64,000 nt of DNA from Rhodothermales bacterium (GTDB lineage: Bacteria > Bacteroidota > Rhodothermia > Rhodothermales > BA12), in assembly GCA_963793245.1 (NCBI GenBank), contig CAWBZG010000005.1, positions 843,993-907,992 on the forward strand, in the 5' to 3' direction. The position numbers and the translations under genes are program-made. The notes under the pieces are model-generated. The model did no database searches. It was not told where the DNA came from and worked only from the letters and a program-made list of their open reading frames with translations. This document shows, piece after piece, positions 1-10,056 of the stretch (positions are counted from its first letter, which is position 1; the number at the start of each line of letters is the position of its first letter).

Positions 1-2089
1 AGGTTGACCGTCTTGCTGATCGCGCCCGAGATGAACGGCTGGCAGGCGGCCATCATGCTGATGTGGCCCATGTAGCCGATGGCGCGCGTGCCGTTGTACG
101 GCTTGAACGCGCAGTCGAAGACCGCCAAGTGCTCGTCTTTGAGGCCCGGAGCGCCTTCGATGGTGTCGTTCTCGTCGATGAAGGTGCGGATCGCCTCGGC
201 GTCAGCTTTGGTGTAGCCCAGCGCTGCGAGCGCTTCGGGGACCGTCTGGTTGACGATTTTGAGCATGCCTTCGCCTTTTCCGGCGAGCAGCTTGTACTTG
301 ACGAGCGCGATGTCCGGCTCGATGCCGGTCGTGTCGCAGTCCATCATGAAGGCGATGGTGCCGGTCGGCGCCAGGACGGTTGCCTGAGCGTTGCGGTAGC
401 CGTGCTTCTCGCCTAGATCGACCATGCGATCCGCCGATTCCTGAGCGGCTGTGCGCAGGTAGTCGGGGCATGTCGCGCCGATGTCAGCAACGGCGTCGCG
501 GTGCATGCGCATCACTTCGAGCATCGGCTCCTCGTTGCCCTTGTATCCGGGGAACGGGCCGATCTTCTTGTTCGCGGCGATCTCGGCGCTACGGGCATAC
601 GCCTCGCTGTGCTCGATCGCCATCAGCGCGGCGGCGACGCTGCGGCCCTCGTCGCTGTCGTACGGCAGTCCCATCGACATCAGGAGCGCGCCCAGGTTGG
701 CGAAGCCCAGTCCGAGCGGACGGTACTTGTGGCTGTTCTCGGCGACTTTGGCCGACGGATAACCCGCCGAGTCAACCAGAATCTCCATCGCCGTGATGTA
801 GATGCGAGCCGCGGCGCGGTAGCGCTCCACGTCGACCGTGCCGTCGGCGTTCTGGAATTTGCGCAGGTTGAGGCTGGCGAGGTTACACGCCGAGTCGTCC
901 AAGAACATGTACTCCGAGCACGGATTCGACGAGTTGATTTCGCCGCTGTTCTTGCACGTGTGCCATTTCTGGATCGTGTCTTCGTACTGCACGCCCGGAT
1001 CACCGCACAGGTGCGTGCCCTCGGCGATGCCGTCCAGGATCATCTGCCCGTCGACTTCCAAGACCGTCGACCCGTCCGTCACGCTGCGCAGCGCGTAGGG
1101 CGTGCCGTTTTCGACTGCCTCGAAGAGCGCGTCTTCCAGCCGGACGCTCTGGTTCACGTTCTGGAACGCGACCGATCCGTAGGCCGGACCGTTGAAGCTG
1201 CCGTCGTAGCCCTGCTCGATCAGCGCCCACGCCTTCTTCTCCTCCTCCTGCTTGGCCTCGACGAACTCCATGATGTCCGGGTGCCACGACTTGAGCGTCT
1301 GCATGATCGCCGCGCGCCGCGTCTTGCCGCCGCTCTTGATCGTGCCGCCCGTCGCGTCCTGCACGCGCATGAAGCTGACCGGACCGGCTGGAATGCCGCC
1401 GCCGACTGAGCTTCTCGTGCGAGCTACGCAGTTTGGACCAGTCCGCACCGACGCCCGAGCCGTACTTGAACAGGCGGGCGCTCTCGCCCATCAACTGCCA
1501 GATGTCGTCGATCGAGTCCTTGACCGAGATGATGAAGCAGGCCGATGCCTGAGGCCGCTCGTACGGATCGACGTCGACGACCTTGCCTTCCTTATCGCTC
1601 CAGCCGCTGATCGTTTTGCCGCCCGTGTCGCGTACGCCGTAGAGGTGGTGCAGGCCGACGTTGAACCAGACCGGGCTGTTGAACGCGCCGTACTGGTTGG
1701 TGCAGAGCCACGTCAGTTCGTCGTAGAACGTCTCGGACTCTGCTTTGCTGGCGAAGTAGCCCTTCTCCTGCCCCCAATCCGTGATCGTTCGCGTGACGCG
1801 GTGCACGAGTTGGCGCAGGCTGTGCTCGCGTCCATCCTCTGCCGGGTCGACACCGTTCTTGTCGACGTCGCCGTAGAAGTACTTCGACGAGACGACGTTT
1901 GTGGCGAGCAGGCTCCAGTCGCTGGGAAACTCGACGCCCTTCTGCTCGAAGACCGCTTCGCCCTTTTGGGTTGCGGATGGCGGCATCACGCGTCTCCCAC
2001 GTGACCGAATCAAAAGGGTCCTGACCGTCGGTCGAGAAGACGCGGTCAATGGTGAGGCCTTTGGCGAGGCGGGCGGCGGACTGAGCCAT
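1..2089 (-). pseudogene. nrdJ: Class II (adenosylcobalamin-dependent) ribonucleotide reductase NrdJ; C-terminus runs off the window; frame interrupted at ~1407 and ~1966
   Basis: Three minus-strand frames join into one protein: MAQSAARLAKGLTIDRVFSTDGQDPFDSVTWETRDAAIRNPKG | EAVFEQKGVEFPSDW..VVSSKYFYG..ASACFIISV..KYGSGVGADWSKLRSSHEKLS | GGGIPAGPVSFMRVQDATGGTIKSGGKTRRAAIM..NPCSEYMFLDDSACNLASLNL. There is one extra base at each junction. ATG at 2089-2087. Confidence 0.9.
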
Positions 2090-2513
2090 GCAAGTGGGGA
2101 TGAGGTGATGTGCAGCAACTCCCAAACGCGCAGAACCACTCTATATCCGTGAGCGACATGTGTCTCCGGGAGTCCGGGCGTTCGGGTATCCAAGAAAGTC
2201 AGCAGACAGGCGAAGCGCAAATCGGCTTTTCAACATGTGGGAGAGTCGATCAGATGAGCCGCTTTGCAAAACGGCTATATAAAACAGGCTCATTCCAGCT
2301 CTATTGGAGCACTTTGGATACAGTCAAATATCCGTTTTTCAGACATTCGCTTGATTTGTCGCACATATAGACCCGCTTGATTGGGGCTGCAACAACGAGG
2401 TTATCCACAGGTGTGCAGAGATAGCGGACATCGAAAAAGCCGATGGTTAGGGGGCAAGCCAGGCGAGCAGATTCCTATTCTAACGCAGTCCTCCTCCGTC
2501 TGCCTCACTCCTC

Positions 2514-3203
2514 GTGCGCTCACTCATTCTGTGTCTCGCGCTGCTTGGCGCTTCGGGCTGCGTCAGTCATGCGCCGATGAGTGTGCTGTCGTCCGGGCCA
2601 CTTGCTGGATCAGCACAATCGAAACCCAAAGCCGGAATCGTAGCGTCTGGACAAGCGCTCTCTGGCATCGAACCGCTCATCGTGATGCGGTCGCCCTGCT
2701 CGCGTACACCCGACGACGCCCCTCCCGGCGCATGCGACGAACAGGCGTATAGAGGCGTCTATCAAAGTGCCTTCGGGATCGGCGGATACGCAGTATCGAG
2801 CGAGAGGTCCAACACCGCACTATCGGTGACGCTCGGGCTGGGCGTCGCAGGCATCGACGTGACGTGGTGGCCGGTCGAGCGCGTCGCCGTTACCGCAGCA
2901 CTCTCGGCGCCGAGCATGTGGGCAGGTTACCTGACGTACGTGCCCATCGCCAACCAGACCGCGGCGCTCGTCGCCGGTGCCTACGTGCGTCGGCGGACAG
3001 ACACGTTCGGGTTCGACTACCCATCCGAATCGTACACGCCGCAGTGGGAATCACGCGCCTCTCACGACGCTGGCATTCGCTTGGTCTTGCGCCTGCGCGA
3101 CCCATCCGGCGGCCCCATTGGGCTGGTGCTCGACGGGCGAGCGGGCTACGACTGGGCACTCGGCGGATTCGTCCTCGGAGTGAGCGCCGCTTTGGGCGGT
3201 TGA
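2514..3203 (+). CDS. Hypothetical lipoprotein (signal peptide plus lipobox LGASGC)
   Basis: 229-aa ORF with GTG start. N-terminus MRSLILCLALLGASGCVSHAPMS. Gly/Ala-rich C-terminus ..YDWALGGFVLGVSAALGG. No family recognised. Confidence 0.55.
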   Translation: MRSLILCLALLGASGCVSHAPMSVLSSGPLAGSAQSKPKAGIVASGQALSGIEPLIVMRSPCSRTPDDAPPGACDEQAYRGVYQSAFGIGGYAVSSERSNTALSVTLGLGVAGIDVTWWPVERVAVTAALSAPSMWAGYLTYVPIANQTAALVAGAYVRRRTDTFGFDYPSESYTPQWESRASHDAGIRLVLRLRDPSGGPIGLVLDGRAGYDWALGGFVLGVSAALGG

Positions 3204-3252
3204 CTCCCACCACTCCCTCAACCGCCAGTATCAGCTGGCTTTCGCTCTCTAG

Positions 3253-3957
3253 ATGTTTCGATTGTACCTCTCTGCCTGCGCACTTCTCGCCAGCCTTCTG
3301 TTCACTGGATGCGCCAGCCACGTGCCGATGAGTTCTGCGGCGCTGCTTGCGACCTGTCGAGACGCAAAAGGGGATTCGGGGTCACCGTGTTCGGTGCGTC
3401 GCTGGCCGACCGCCCCAGTCCGACTGTTGACGGTGAGCGAGTGTGAAGTCCAGAACTTCCCGGCCCCGAACTGCTCCGCCCCTACTCCTCCGTGCGCGCA
3501 AATCGGAAATACAATCCGAACGGCATTGGTGGCGGTCTGTACCTGACGGCCCAGTCTGAACGGTTCGCGGTTTCGGCCACGGTCGGTGTGCCGGTCGCTG
3601 GGCGTCGATGCGTCTGTACGCGTTGCAGATCCGCCGTCGTGACAGCGGCCTATTCCGGTGGGCAGCGATGGAGCGCAGGTGCGTCGTTCGGCGAGTCCAT
3701 CGCCGACGATCTATTCGCCTTGGCGACACTCGAATATCGCCGTCGCGGCCTGACGTACGACGACCCACTGGGCGGCGATCCACCTACTCGTTCGTCACCT
3801 TCACCCGGTACAGCGACGAGGTCAGCGCACGACTCTCGCTCTCCTGCGAGGCGAGGGCGTCGCACGGCGAACCGGCGTACTGCTCCACGTCTCGGCAGGC
3901 TACGATGTGACGCACACGGCACCCACGCTGGGCTTCGGCATTGCGTTCGGCGGCTGA
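3253..3957 (+). pseudogene. Paralogue of the preceding lipoprotein, frame interrupted several times
   Basis: N-terminus MFRLYLSACALLASLLFTGCASHVPMSS parallels ..GCVSHAPMS of the upstream gene. C-terminus YDVTHTAPTLGFGIAFGG* (stop 3955-3957) parallels YDWALGGFVLGVSAALGG*. Start and end share one frame, but the middle (about 3490-3900) reads in other frames. Confidence 0.45.
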
Positions 3958-3958
3958 T

Positions 3959-4441
3959 CTAGAGCCAGCGCCGCACGCGCCGAGCGTACGCGCCGAACTC
4001 CGCCCCGAACACCTCTCGCAGCGCATGCTCTTCGGGCACGATTTGGAAGCGCGTCAGGTAGGCAACGAACACGACCACGCCGATCAGTGCAAGCGGATGT
4101 GCCAGCCACACCGCCCAGCCAGCCAGCGCCAGCGCCATTCCCAGATACATCGGATTGCGCGTGGCGCGGTAGACGCCCGACATGACGAGCGACGACGCTT
4201 TGGAGGGCCGCGTCGGATCGACCGTTGTCCGAGAGCGCCGAAATGCCAGCACGCCCGACACTGCGATACCGAAGCCGACTACCACAAGCACGGCGGCCAG
4301 CGATCTGCGAAACGGAATCACGATTGTCAGCGACGGCAGCGCTCGGGCCAGTCCCCAAGACAGCCCGGCGCACAGCAAGGCCACGAGGACAGGCGGTAGT
4401 TTGAGTTCGAGCGCCTTCACTGCCCGCCGTGGAAAAACCAC
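3959..4441 (-). CDS. Isoprenylcysteine carboxyl / phospholipid methyltransferase family membrane protein
   Basis: 160 aa, multi-TM. Motif ..LVMSGVYRATRNPMYLGMALALAGWAV..EEHALREVFGAEFGAYARRVRRWL is typical of ICMT/PEMT-family enzymes. Confidence 0.75.
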   Translation of the reverse strand: MVFPRRAVKALELKLPPVLVALLCAGLSWGLARALPSLTIVIPFRRSLAAVLVVVGFGIAVSGVLAFRRSRTTVDPTRPSKASSLVMSGVYRATRNPMYLGMALALAGWAVWLAHPLALIGVVVFVAYLTRFQIVPEEHALREVFGAEFGAYARRVRRWL

Positions 4442-6219
4442 AATCCGCCCGCCTGATGACCGAGCGTGAGGTCCGCGATGCCGTCGCCGTCTACGTCGAA
4501 GAGTGTGGGCGCGAGGTCGGCGGGCATGGGCTTGTCCGGGAGGTTGAGATCGTGAGGGGCGAAGTCGGCGCTTCCGAGCGCGGCTTGCCGATAGCCGACG
4601 AGCGTTCCGCCGCGCGTGCCGATGACGAGGACCAACAAGCCGTCTCTGTCGCGGTGGAGTGTGGGGCGAGCGCCGCTGCCGTTGCGATCGACGAGCGCTT
4701 CGGATTGGGCGACGAAGGGACCGGGCGCGGTCCGCGATCCGTCGTTGCGCAGCAGGTTGAGGTCGCCCGACGACTCGCCGACGATCAGGTCGATGTCGCC
4801 GTCTCCGTCTACGTCCATCGCGGTCGGAGCGGCGAAGTTGCCGCGTGGGACTTCGGCGAGGGGCGATCCGTCGGTCGTCATCGGCGCGAACTCCATCGCG
4901 CCGGTCTGTCGGAACGCGAACACGTCGCCCGAGAACGAGCCGACGAGCAGGTCGGATAGTCCGTCGCCGTCCAGGTCGGCGATCGTAGGAACGAAGCTGT
5001 ATCCGCCTAAGTCGGGCAGGTCAAGGCGCGCAGCGCGCAGACTAGGTACAGCGGGCGTGCCGACGTTCTCCCAGACGAACAACTCGCCATCCGTCGTACC
5101 GACGACCAGATCCGCATCGCCGTCGCCGTCCAAATCGCCCCAGGCCGGAGCCGAGCCGGAGCCTGCGTCGAGTCCGGGAACGAGTGTGTCCGTGACGCGC
5201 GTGAACGTGCCGTCTTCGCGCTGGGTGAGCAGGTGGAGGTTGCGCAGCGGCGCCGTTCCAAAGGCGCCGCCGACGACGCCGACGGTGAGGTCGTCGCGCC
5301 CATCGCTGTTCACATCTGAGACCGCAGCCGCGTTGTATCCCGCCGTCCGCAGCGCCGATGTCGGAAACGCCGTCGTTGCGATGGGAAACGCAGGGTGCGG
5401 GCACGTGCCGTCGTTTTCGAGCAGGTAGAGGCTGGGAGAGAAGAAGTCGCCCCAAACCAGGTCGTTGTCGCCGTCGCCGTCCACGTCTGCCACGTCGAGT
5501 GCGCTCGCGCCGTGCTTGGGCCGCCCACTTTCGCCCGGAGCCGACGGGCCGTAGTCGTCGAATTCGAACGGCGAGGGCGCCGACTTTTGATCGCCGATGA
5601 CCAGCACGCCAGGCCATTCCTCTTCGAGCAGTTGGAAACGCGGCACGCCGTCGGCACCCGGCCCCAATCCCTCGAAAACCGTCAGCGTGCCGTCGACCTG
5701 CGCTTGCAGCAGATCCAGAATCCCATCGCACGTCACGTCGGCCAGCGCGGGGACGTTTTGTCGATCTGCCGAAATGGGATCACCCGACCGCGCGTCGACC
5801 AGCGGGCCGATCGGGTCAGCAAATCCCTGATCGGCTCGCTGGTAATAGCGAATGCCCGAGAGCGGTTCTTCGGCGAGCACGTCACCGTCGCCGTCGCCAT
5901 CGAGATCAGCGACACGCGCCCACTGCCCGACGCGCAGATCGTGCCAGTGATCGGTCCGCCACGCCAGATCCGTCGGAGCCGGGCCGACGCGCTCCCACAG
6001 CGTCAGCGCGTCGGCGTAGGTCTGCACGAGCAGGTCGAGGTCGCCGTCTTCGTCCACGTCCCACCACTGCGGACGCGGCGCCGCCACACCTCCTGCAAAC
6101 GGATCGCGCACGATCGTCCCGCTCGGGTCGACGACCGAAAACGGAGCCGAATCACGTGTCCACGTCTGCGCGCTCGCCGGAGCGACAGCGAGCGCGAGAA
6201 CCAAAAACGCCCGCGTCAC
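4417..6219 (-). CDS. Secreted FG-GAP/VCBS repeat protein
   Basis: 600 aa with signal peptide MTRAFLVLALAVAPASAQ. Repeated D-x-D-G-D-G-D-x-D-L-(V/L)-V-G calcium-loop / FG-GAP units (DVDGDGDIDLIVG, DLDGDGDADLVVG, DVDGDGDNDLVWG). Confidence 0.8.
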   Translation of the reverse strand: MTRAFLVLALAVAPASAQTWTRDSAPFSVVDPSGTIVRDPFAGGVAAPRPQWWDVDEDGDLDLLVQTYADALTLWERVGPAPTDLAWRTDHWHDLRVGQWARVADLDGDGDGDVLAEEPLSGIRYYQRADQGFADPIGPLVDARSGDPISADRQNVPALADVTCDGILDLLQAQVDGTLTVFEGLGPGADGVPRFQLLEEEWPGVLVIGDQKSAPSPFEFDDYGPSAPGESGRPKHGASALDVADVDGDGDNDLVWGDFFSPSLYLLENDGTCPHPAFPIATTAFPTSALRTAGYNAAAVSDVNSDGRDDLTVGVVGGAFGTAPLRNLHLLTQREDGTFTRVTDTLVPGLDAGSGSAPAWGDLDGDGDADLVVGTTDGELFVWENVGTPAVPSLRAARLDLPDLGGYSFVPTIADLDGDGLSDLLVGSFSGDVFAFRQTGAMEFAPMTTDGSPLAEVPRGNFAAPTAMDVDGDGDIDLIVGESSGDLNLLRNDGSRTAPGPFVAQSEALVDRNGSGARPTLHRDRDGLLVLVIGTRGGTLVGYRQAALGSADFAPHDLNLPDKPMPADLAPTLFDVDGDGIADLTLGHQAGGLWFFHGGQ

Positions 6220-6797
6220 AGCGGACGGACCGGCACGCGCACGTCGACGCCCGCCCAGCGGATGCGCAGATCAACGCCGCCCTCGACGGCCACGAAGTCG
6301 TAGACAAGCGACTGCTCGTAGCTGTCGGCCTCGTAGGTCGTCATCGGAGCCACGACTACATCGAGCGCAGCATCGTACTCGTCGGCGAGGTGCTGACCGG
6401 GATGCGTGTTGAGGTGGATCGTCCACGGCTCGGCCTCGCGCGGCGTCGTGAAGACGGCATAGACGCCTGGTGCCAGCGTCTGCCCGCCTACCATGACGAA
6501 GTCCGTCACGACGAGTTCGGTCGCCATGTGCGCTCCGGTCGACCAGATCTGATCGTAGCCGACCAATCCGCCGAAAACCGTCCGGCCTCGCGCATACGGC
6601 TTCCCGTGCACGACATGGAGGTAGGTGCCGTCCTCGAGCGTCGCCCCGGCCCGTCCGACCGCGCTCCCTGGCGGCGGGTCCGACTCGTCGACGCGCAGTC
6701 CGGTGACGACGAAGGTCTCGGCATCGGCTTCGACGGGGGCTTGCGCCCACGCGAGGCAGGGCATGAGTAGAGCAAGAATCAGTAGGAGCGTGCGCAT
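6216..6797 (-). CDS. DUF2911-family secreted protein
   Basis: Signal peptide MRTLLLILALLMPCLAWAQ. Core ..VVHGKPYARGRTVFGGLVGYDQIWSTGAHMATELV..GGQTLAPGVYAVFTTP..WTIHLN matches my memory of DUF2911. The upstream ORF extension to 6833 is not used. Confidence 0.7.
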   Translation of the reverse strand: MRTLLLILALLMPCLAWAQAPVEADAETFVVTGLRVDESDPPPGSAVGRAGATLEDGTYLHVVHGKPYARGRTVFGGLVGYDQIWSTGAHMATELVVTDFVMVGGQTLAPGVYAVFTTPREAEPWTIHLNTHPGQHLADEYDAALDVVVAPMTTYEADSYEQSLVYDFVAVEGGVDLRIRWAGVDVRVPVRPL

Positions 6798-6934
6798 GGT
6801 TGGGAGACGAGTGATACACCGATAACGCCGCATGTCGCCGCGTCGTGCCCGCGCTCACCGCGACTGCGAAAACCTATCGCGTTCGAGTGTGGCACCTTGC
6901 GCCAGCGGACGCGTTTGGTCATCTTACTGATTCC

Positions 6935-7005
6935 GGTGCCTTGGCCGAGTGGTTAGGCAAGGGTCTGCAAAACCCTGTACAGCGGTTCGAATCCGCTAGG
7001 CACCT
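6935..7005 (+). tRNA. tRNA-Cys (anticodon GCA), CCA not encoded
   Basis: Cloverleaf read by eye. Acceptor GGTGCCT/AGGCACC. Anticodon stem AGGGT/ACCCT with loop CTGCAAA. T arm AGCGG-TTCGAAT-CCGCT. Discriminator T. Confidence 0.9.
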
Positions 7006-7011
7006 CCCGAT

Positions 7012-7043
7012 CCGCCCACTCAGTTGTGCTGAGTGGGCGGTTT
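7012..7043 (+). terminator. Rho-independent terminator after tRNA-Cys
   Basis: Perfect 12-bp stem CCGCCCACTCAG / CTGAGTGGGCGG with loop TTGTG, followed by TTT. Confidence 0.6.
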
Positions 7044-7108
7044 GCGTTTCGGGTGACACAGCGGCGTCAGCGCACGCGGGTATCTTGCGGCTGCCCAACG
7101 CCGAATCC

Positions 7109-7705
7109 ATGATTACCTACGTCTCAGGAACGCTCGTCGAGAAGAAGCCCACACACGCCGTCGTCGATGTCGGCGGGCTAGGGTACCTGGTTCAGATTCC
7201 TGTTTCCACGTACGAGGCGCTCGGCGACGTCGGCGCAGCGACGAAGCTGCATACGGTCTTCGTCGTGCGCGAGGATGCTCAGCAACTCTACGGCTTTTCG
7301 AGCCTGGCCGAGCGGACGATCTTCGAGGCAATGACATCGGTGTCGGGCATCGGGCCGAAGATGGGATTGGCGGCGCTCTCGGCCTCACGGCCCGCCGACC
7401 TGCAAGACCGCATCCTGTCGGGCGACGCGGCCCAACTCACCTCCATCCGGGGCGTCGGGCGCAAGACAGCCGAGCGGTTGGTCGTCGAACTCAAGGACAA
7501 GATGACGACGATGGACCTGGGCGGAAGCGGCGCGCTCGGAAGCGGAGACGATGCCAAAGCCGCCGCACGTGCCGACGCACTGGCTGCCCTCGAAACGCTG
7601 GGCGTCCCCCGTGCGACGGCCGAGCGCAATCTGCGCAAAGCCATCCGCGCCAACCCCGGCGCCCAATCCGCTGACGAATTGATTCGACTAGCACTCCGCG
7701 AATGA
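7109..7705 (+). CDS. ruvA: Holliday junction branch migration complex subunit RuvA
   Basis: MITYVSGTLVEKKPTHAVVDVGGLGYLVQIPVSTYEAL..LYGFSS..ERTIFEAMTSVSGIGPKMGLAALS..LTSIRGVGRKTAERLVVELKDK. The annotated ORF start at 6845 would read through the tRNA, so it is rejected. Confidence 0.9.
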   Translation: MITYVSGTLVEKKPTHAVVDVGGLGYLVQIPVSTYEALGDVGAATKLHTVFVVREDAQQLYGFSSLAERTIFEAMTSVSGIGPKMGLAALSASRPADLQDRILSGDAAQLTSIRGVGRKTAERLVVELKDKMTTMDLGGSGALGSGDDAKAAARADALAALETLGVPRATAERNLRKAIRANPGAQSADELIRLALRE

Positions 7706-7739
7706 GAATCGGCCTGGACTTCTCGGCGTACCCTCGCCC

Positions 7740-8207
7740 TTACGCGCCCCCCAGAAGCTCTCGAATGGTCGCCTGCCGAAAGTCGAAAATCCGATCCAGT
7801 TGCCATCGCACGATGGGATGCGCAATCTCGCCCAATGGATAGAGCGGCAGCGCATAGCGCACCGCATCCTCGACGCGTGTGCCGCCTTCTTCTTCCTCAA
7901 ACGTGTGCGTGTGATGCCACACGCGGTACGGCCCCTTCCGCTGTTCGTCGACGAACAGGCTGGGTGGCTCCCATCGGCTGATCTCGGTTCGCCAGCCGAA
8001 TGGGATGCCGAACAGTGCCAAGCGGTACTCGATGATCGCGCCCTGCACCATCTCATCCGGCGCTTTGGCGATGCGGAAGTCCAACTCAGGCGGCGTGATG
8101 CGGCCCAGGTTTTCGGCCTCGGCGAAGAACGCAAACACCTCTTCGCGCGGCAGCGGGACGTGCGTCGTGCGCGTGAGCAGGTGTGTCCGGGGCAGGGCGA
8201 AAGCCAT
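7740..8207 (-). CDS. SRPBCC (START/polyketide-cyclase-like) family protein
   Basis: 155 aa. ..VPLPREEVFAFFAEAENLGRITPPELDFRI..FGIPFGWRTEISRWEPPSLFVDEQRKGPYRVWHHTHTFEE is a pattern typical of COG4276-type SRPBCC proteins. Confidence 0.7.
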   Translation of the reverse strand: MAFALPRTHLLTRTTHVPLPREEVFAFFAEAENLGRITPPELDFRIAKAPDEMVQGAIIEYRLALFGIPFGWRTEISRWEPPSLFVDEQRKGPYRVWHHTHTFEEEEGGTRVEDAVRYALPLYPLGEIAHPIVRWQLDRIFDFRQATIRELLGGA

Positions 8208-8211
8208 CTGT

Positions 8212-9384
8212 TTACAGGTTCGCCGCTGCTGCTTTGAGTTCGTCGACCTTGTCAGTCCGTTCCCACGTGAATGCGTCGCCTGTGCGCCCGAAGTGGCCGT
8301 AGGCGGCGGTCTGGCGGAAGCGGGGGCGTTTCAAGTCGAGCGCGCGGATGATGCCGGTCGGCGTCAGGGGGAAAACGTCGCGGACGATTTTGGACAAGTC
8401 CGCTGATGCGTGCGAGCCGGTCCCGAACGTGTCGACGTTGACCGACACGGGCTGGGCGACGCCGATGGCGTAGGCGAGTTGGACGAGCACTTCATCGGCC
8501 AGCCCCGCAGCGACCAAGTTTTTGGCGACGTAGCGCGCCATGTACGCGGCCGAGCGGTCGACTTTGCTGGCGTCCTTACCGCTGAACGCGCCGCCGCCGT
8601 GCGCGCCCTTGCCGCCGTACGTGTCGACGATGATCTTGCGGCCTGTCAGTCCGGCGTCGCCATGCGGACCGCCGATGACGAATTTGCCCGTCGGGTTGAC
8701 GTGGAGAATCAGGTCGGCATCCACAAGATCAGCCGGAAGGACGCGCGGAAGCAGGTGCTCGACGACGTCGGCCTTGATCTGTTCGAGCGAGACCTCGTCG
8801 GCGTGCTGCGTAGAGACGACGACGGTGTGGACGCGCTCGACGGTTTTGCGGTCGTTGGCGTACTGGATCGTGACCTGGCTCTTGGAGTCGGGGCGCAGAT
8901 ACGTCATCACCTCTCCCCCCTTGCGGATCGCTGCGAGTTCTTGGACCAAGCGGTGCGACAGGTGCAGACCGAGCGGCATCAACTCTTCGGTTTCGCGCGT
9001 GGCGTAGCCGAACATCATACCCTGATCGCCCGCCCCTTGCTCTTCGTGCAGTCCGCCGCCCTCGTTGACGCCCTGGGCGATATCGGGGCTTTGCTCATGG
9101 ATCGACGAGATGACGCCGCAGCTTTCGGCGTCGAAGCGGAGGGCTGGATTGGTATACCCGATGTCGCGGATCACGTCGCGGGCGACCTGCTGCACGTCGA
9201 CCCATGCACTCGACGTCACCTCTCCGGCCAGCACGACGAGTCCAGTCGTGACCAGCGTCTCGACGGCGACGCGGCTTTCCGGATCTTGTTCGAGAAGCGC
9301 GTCGAGGACGGCGTCCGAGATCTGGTCGGCGACCTTGTCGGGGTGGCCTTCTGAGACGGATTCGGACGTGAAGAGGTACGGCAT
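8212..9384 (-). CDS. metK: S-adenosylmethionine synthase
   Basis: [79 protein letters not shown]. Start taken at internal M67 of the ORF. Confidence 0.95.
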   Translation of the reverse strand: MPYLFTSESVSEGHPDKVADQISDAVLDALLEQDPESRVAVETLVTTGLVVLAGEVTSSAWVDVQQVARDVIRDIGYTNPALRFDAESCGVISSIHEQSPDIAQGVNEGGGLHEEQGAGDQGMMFGYATRETEELMPLGLHLSHRLVQELAAIRKGGEVMTYLRPDSKSQVTIQYANDRKTVERVHTVVVSTQHADEVSLEQIKADVVEHLLPRVLPADLVDADLILHVNPTGKFVIGGPHGDAGLTGRKIIVDTYGGKGAHGGGAFSGKDASKVDRSAAYMARYVAKNLVAAGLADEVLVQLAYAIGVAQPVSVNVDTFGTGSHASADLSKIVRDVFPLTPTGIIRALDLKRPRFRQTAAYGHFGRTGDAFTWERTDKVDELKAAAANL

Positions 9385-9631
9385 CGAAAAACGGTGGGTC
9401 GAGCGAGTGGGGAGCGTCAGCAGGCGTAGGGAACGCGAAAGCCGCTTTGTAAGCCCGTCGGCGCGGCAGGTTCGCGCATCCGGTCGGCATTTTGCACGCA
9501 GCAGTGTTCGGAACAGCGGCCCGCGCGGGCGCGTGGTTGCCCGTCGTGGACAGCCGCCGTAGCTTTCGGATGACACATCCACTTGTCGGCATGCGCCGAC
9601 TCCTCCTCTTACTCATCCCCACATCCGCATT

Positions 9632-9868
9632 ATGAGCACCGTAGCAGACCAGGTCAAAGCCATCATCGTCGACAAGCTCGGCGTAGACGCCCCCGACGTC
9701 GTCACCGAAGCCTCGTTCACCAACGACTTGGGCGCCGACTCGCTCGATATCGTCGAACTCGTCATGGAGTTCGAAAAGGAGTTCGGCATCAACATCCCCG
9801 ACGAGGACGCCGAGAAGATCTCGACCGTCGGCGACGCCGTCAGCTACATGGAAGAAAAGACCGCGTGA
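9632..9868 (+). CDS. acpP: Acyl carrier protein
   Basis: 78 aa with [21 protein letters not shown] (phosphopantetheine Ser in the DSL motif). Confidence 0.95.
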   Translation: MSTVADQVKAIIVDKLGVDAPDVVTEASFTNDLGADSLDIVELVMEFEKEFGINIPDEDAEKISTVGDAVSYMEEKTA

Positions 9869-9921
9869 CCTCGCGGACAGACGACGCGGCTGTTAGGGCG
9901 CGCGTCTCGTGACTCCTTGAC

Positions 9922-9965
9922 GACGCACCCGCGATCCAGCTTCGGCTCGGAATCGCGGGTGCGTC
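9922..9965 (+). terminator. Strong intercistronic hairpin between acpP and fabF (attenuator or partial terminator; no U-tract)
   Basis: 14-bp perfect stem GACGCACCCGCGAT / ATCGCGGGTGCGTC with a 16-nt loop. No T-run follows, so its function is inferred only. Confidence 0.4.
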
Positions 9966-10056
9966 GCTCGTATAGAGCAATGCGCGCCGGAGTGCATCCC
10001 AACGCACCACCCGGACGTATCCACCACCTTCGGCTTTCTCACCCAAACCGCTCCCC

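Noticed and set aside
2128-2147. NrdR-box-like sequence CACTCTATATCCGTG upstream of nrdJ
   Set aside because: It is a single, imperfect site with 9-nt rather than 8-nt core spacing, and there is no second box at the usual ~31-32 bp distance. A second AT-rich candidate (CACATATAG, ~2363) is about 230 bp away and not palindromic.
6845-7108. Long N-terminal extension of the ruvA ORF
   Set aside because: It would translate through tRNA-Cys and its terminator. The conserved RuvA N-terminus (MITYVSGTL) starts at 7109.
9385-9476. SAM-II-type pseudoknot (GGGCTTACAAAGCGGCTTT) in the metK leader
   Set aside because: The 3' AAAGC tract cannot pair with the GGCUU segment in the required H-type geometry, and the conserved U-rich strand is absent.
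9385-9582. 66-codon N-terminal extension of the metK ORF
   Set aside because: It is an Arg-rich, non-conserved sequence. Canonical MetK begins [17 protein letters not shown] at 9384.
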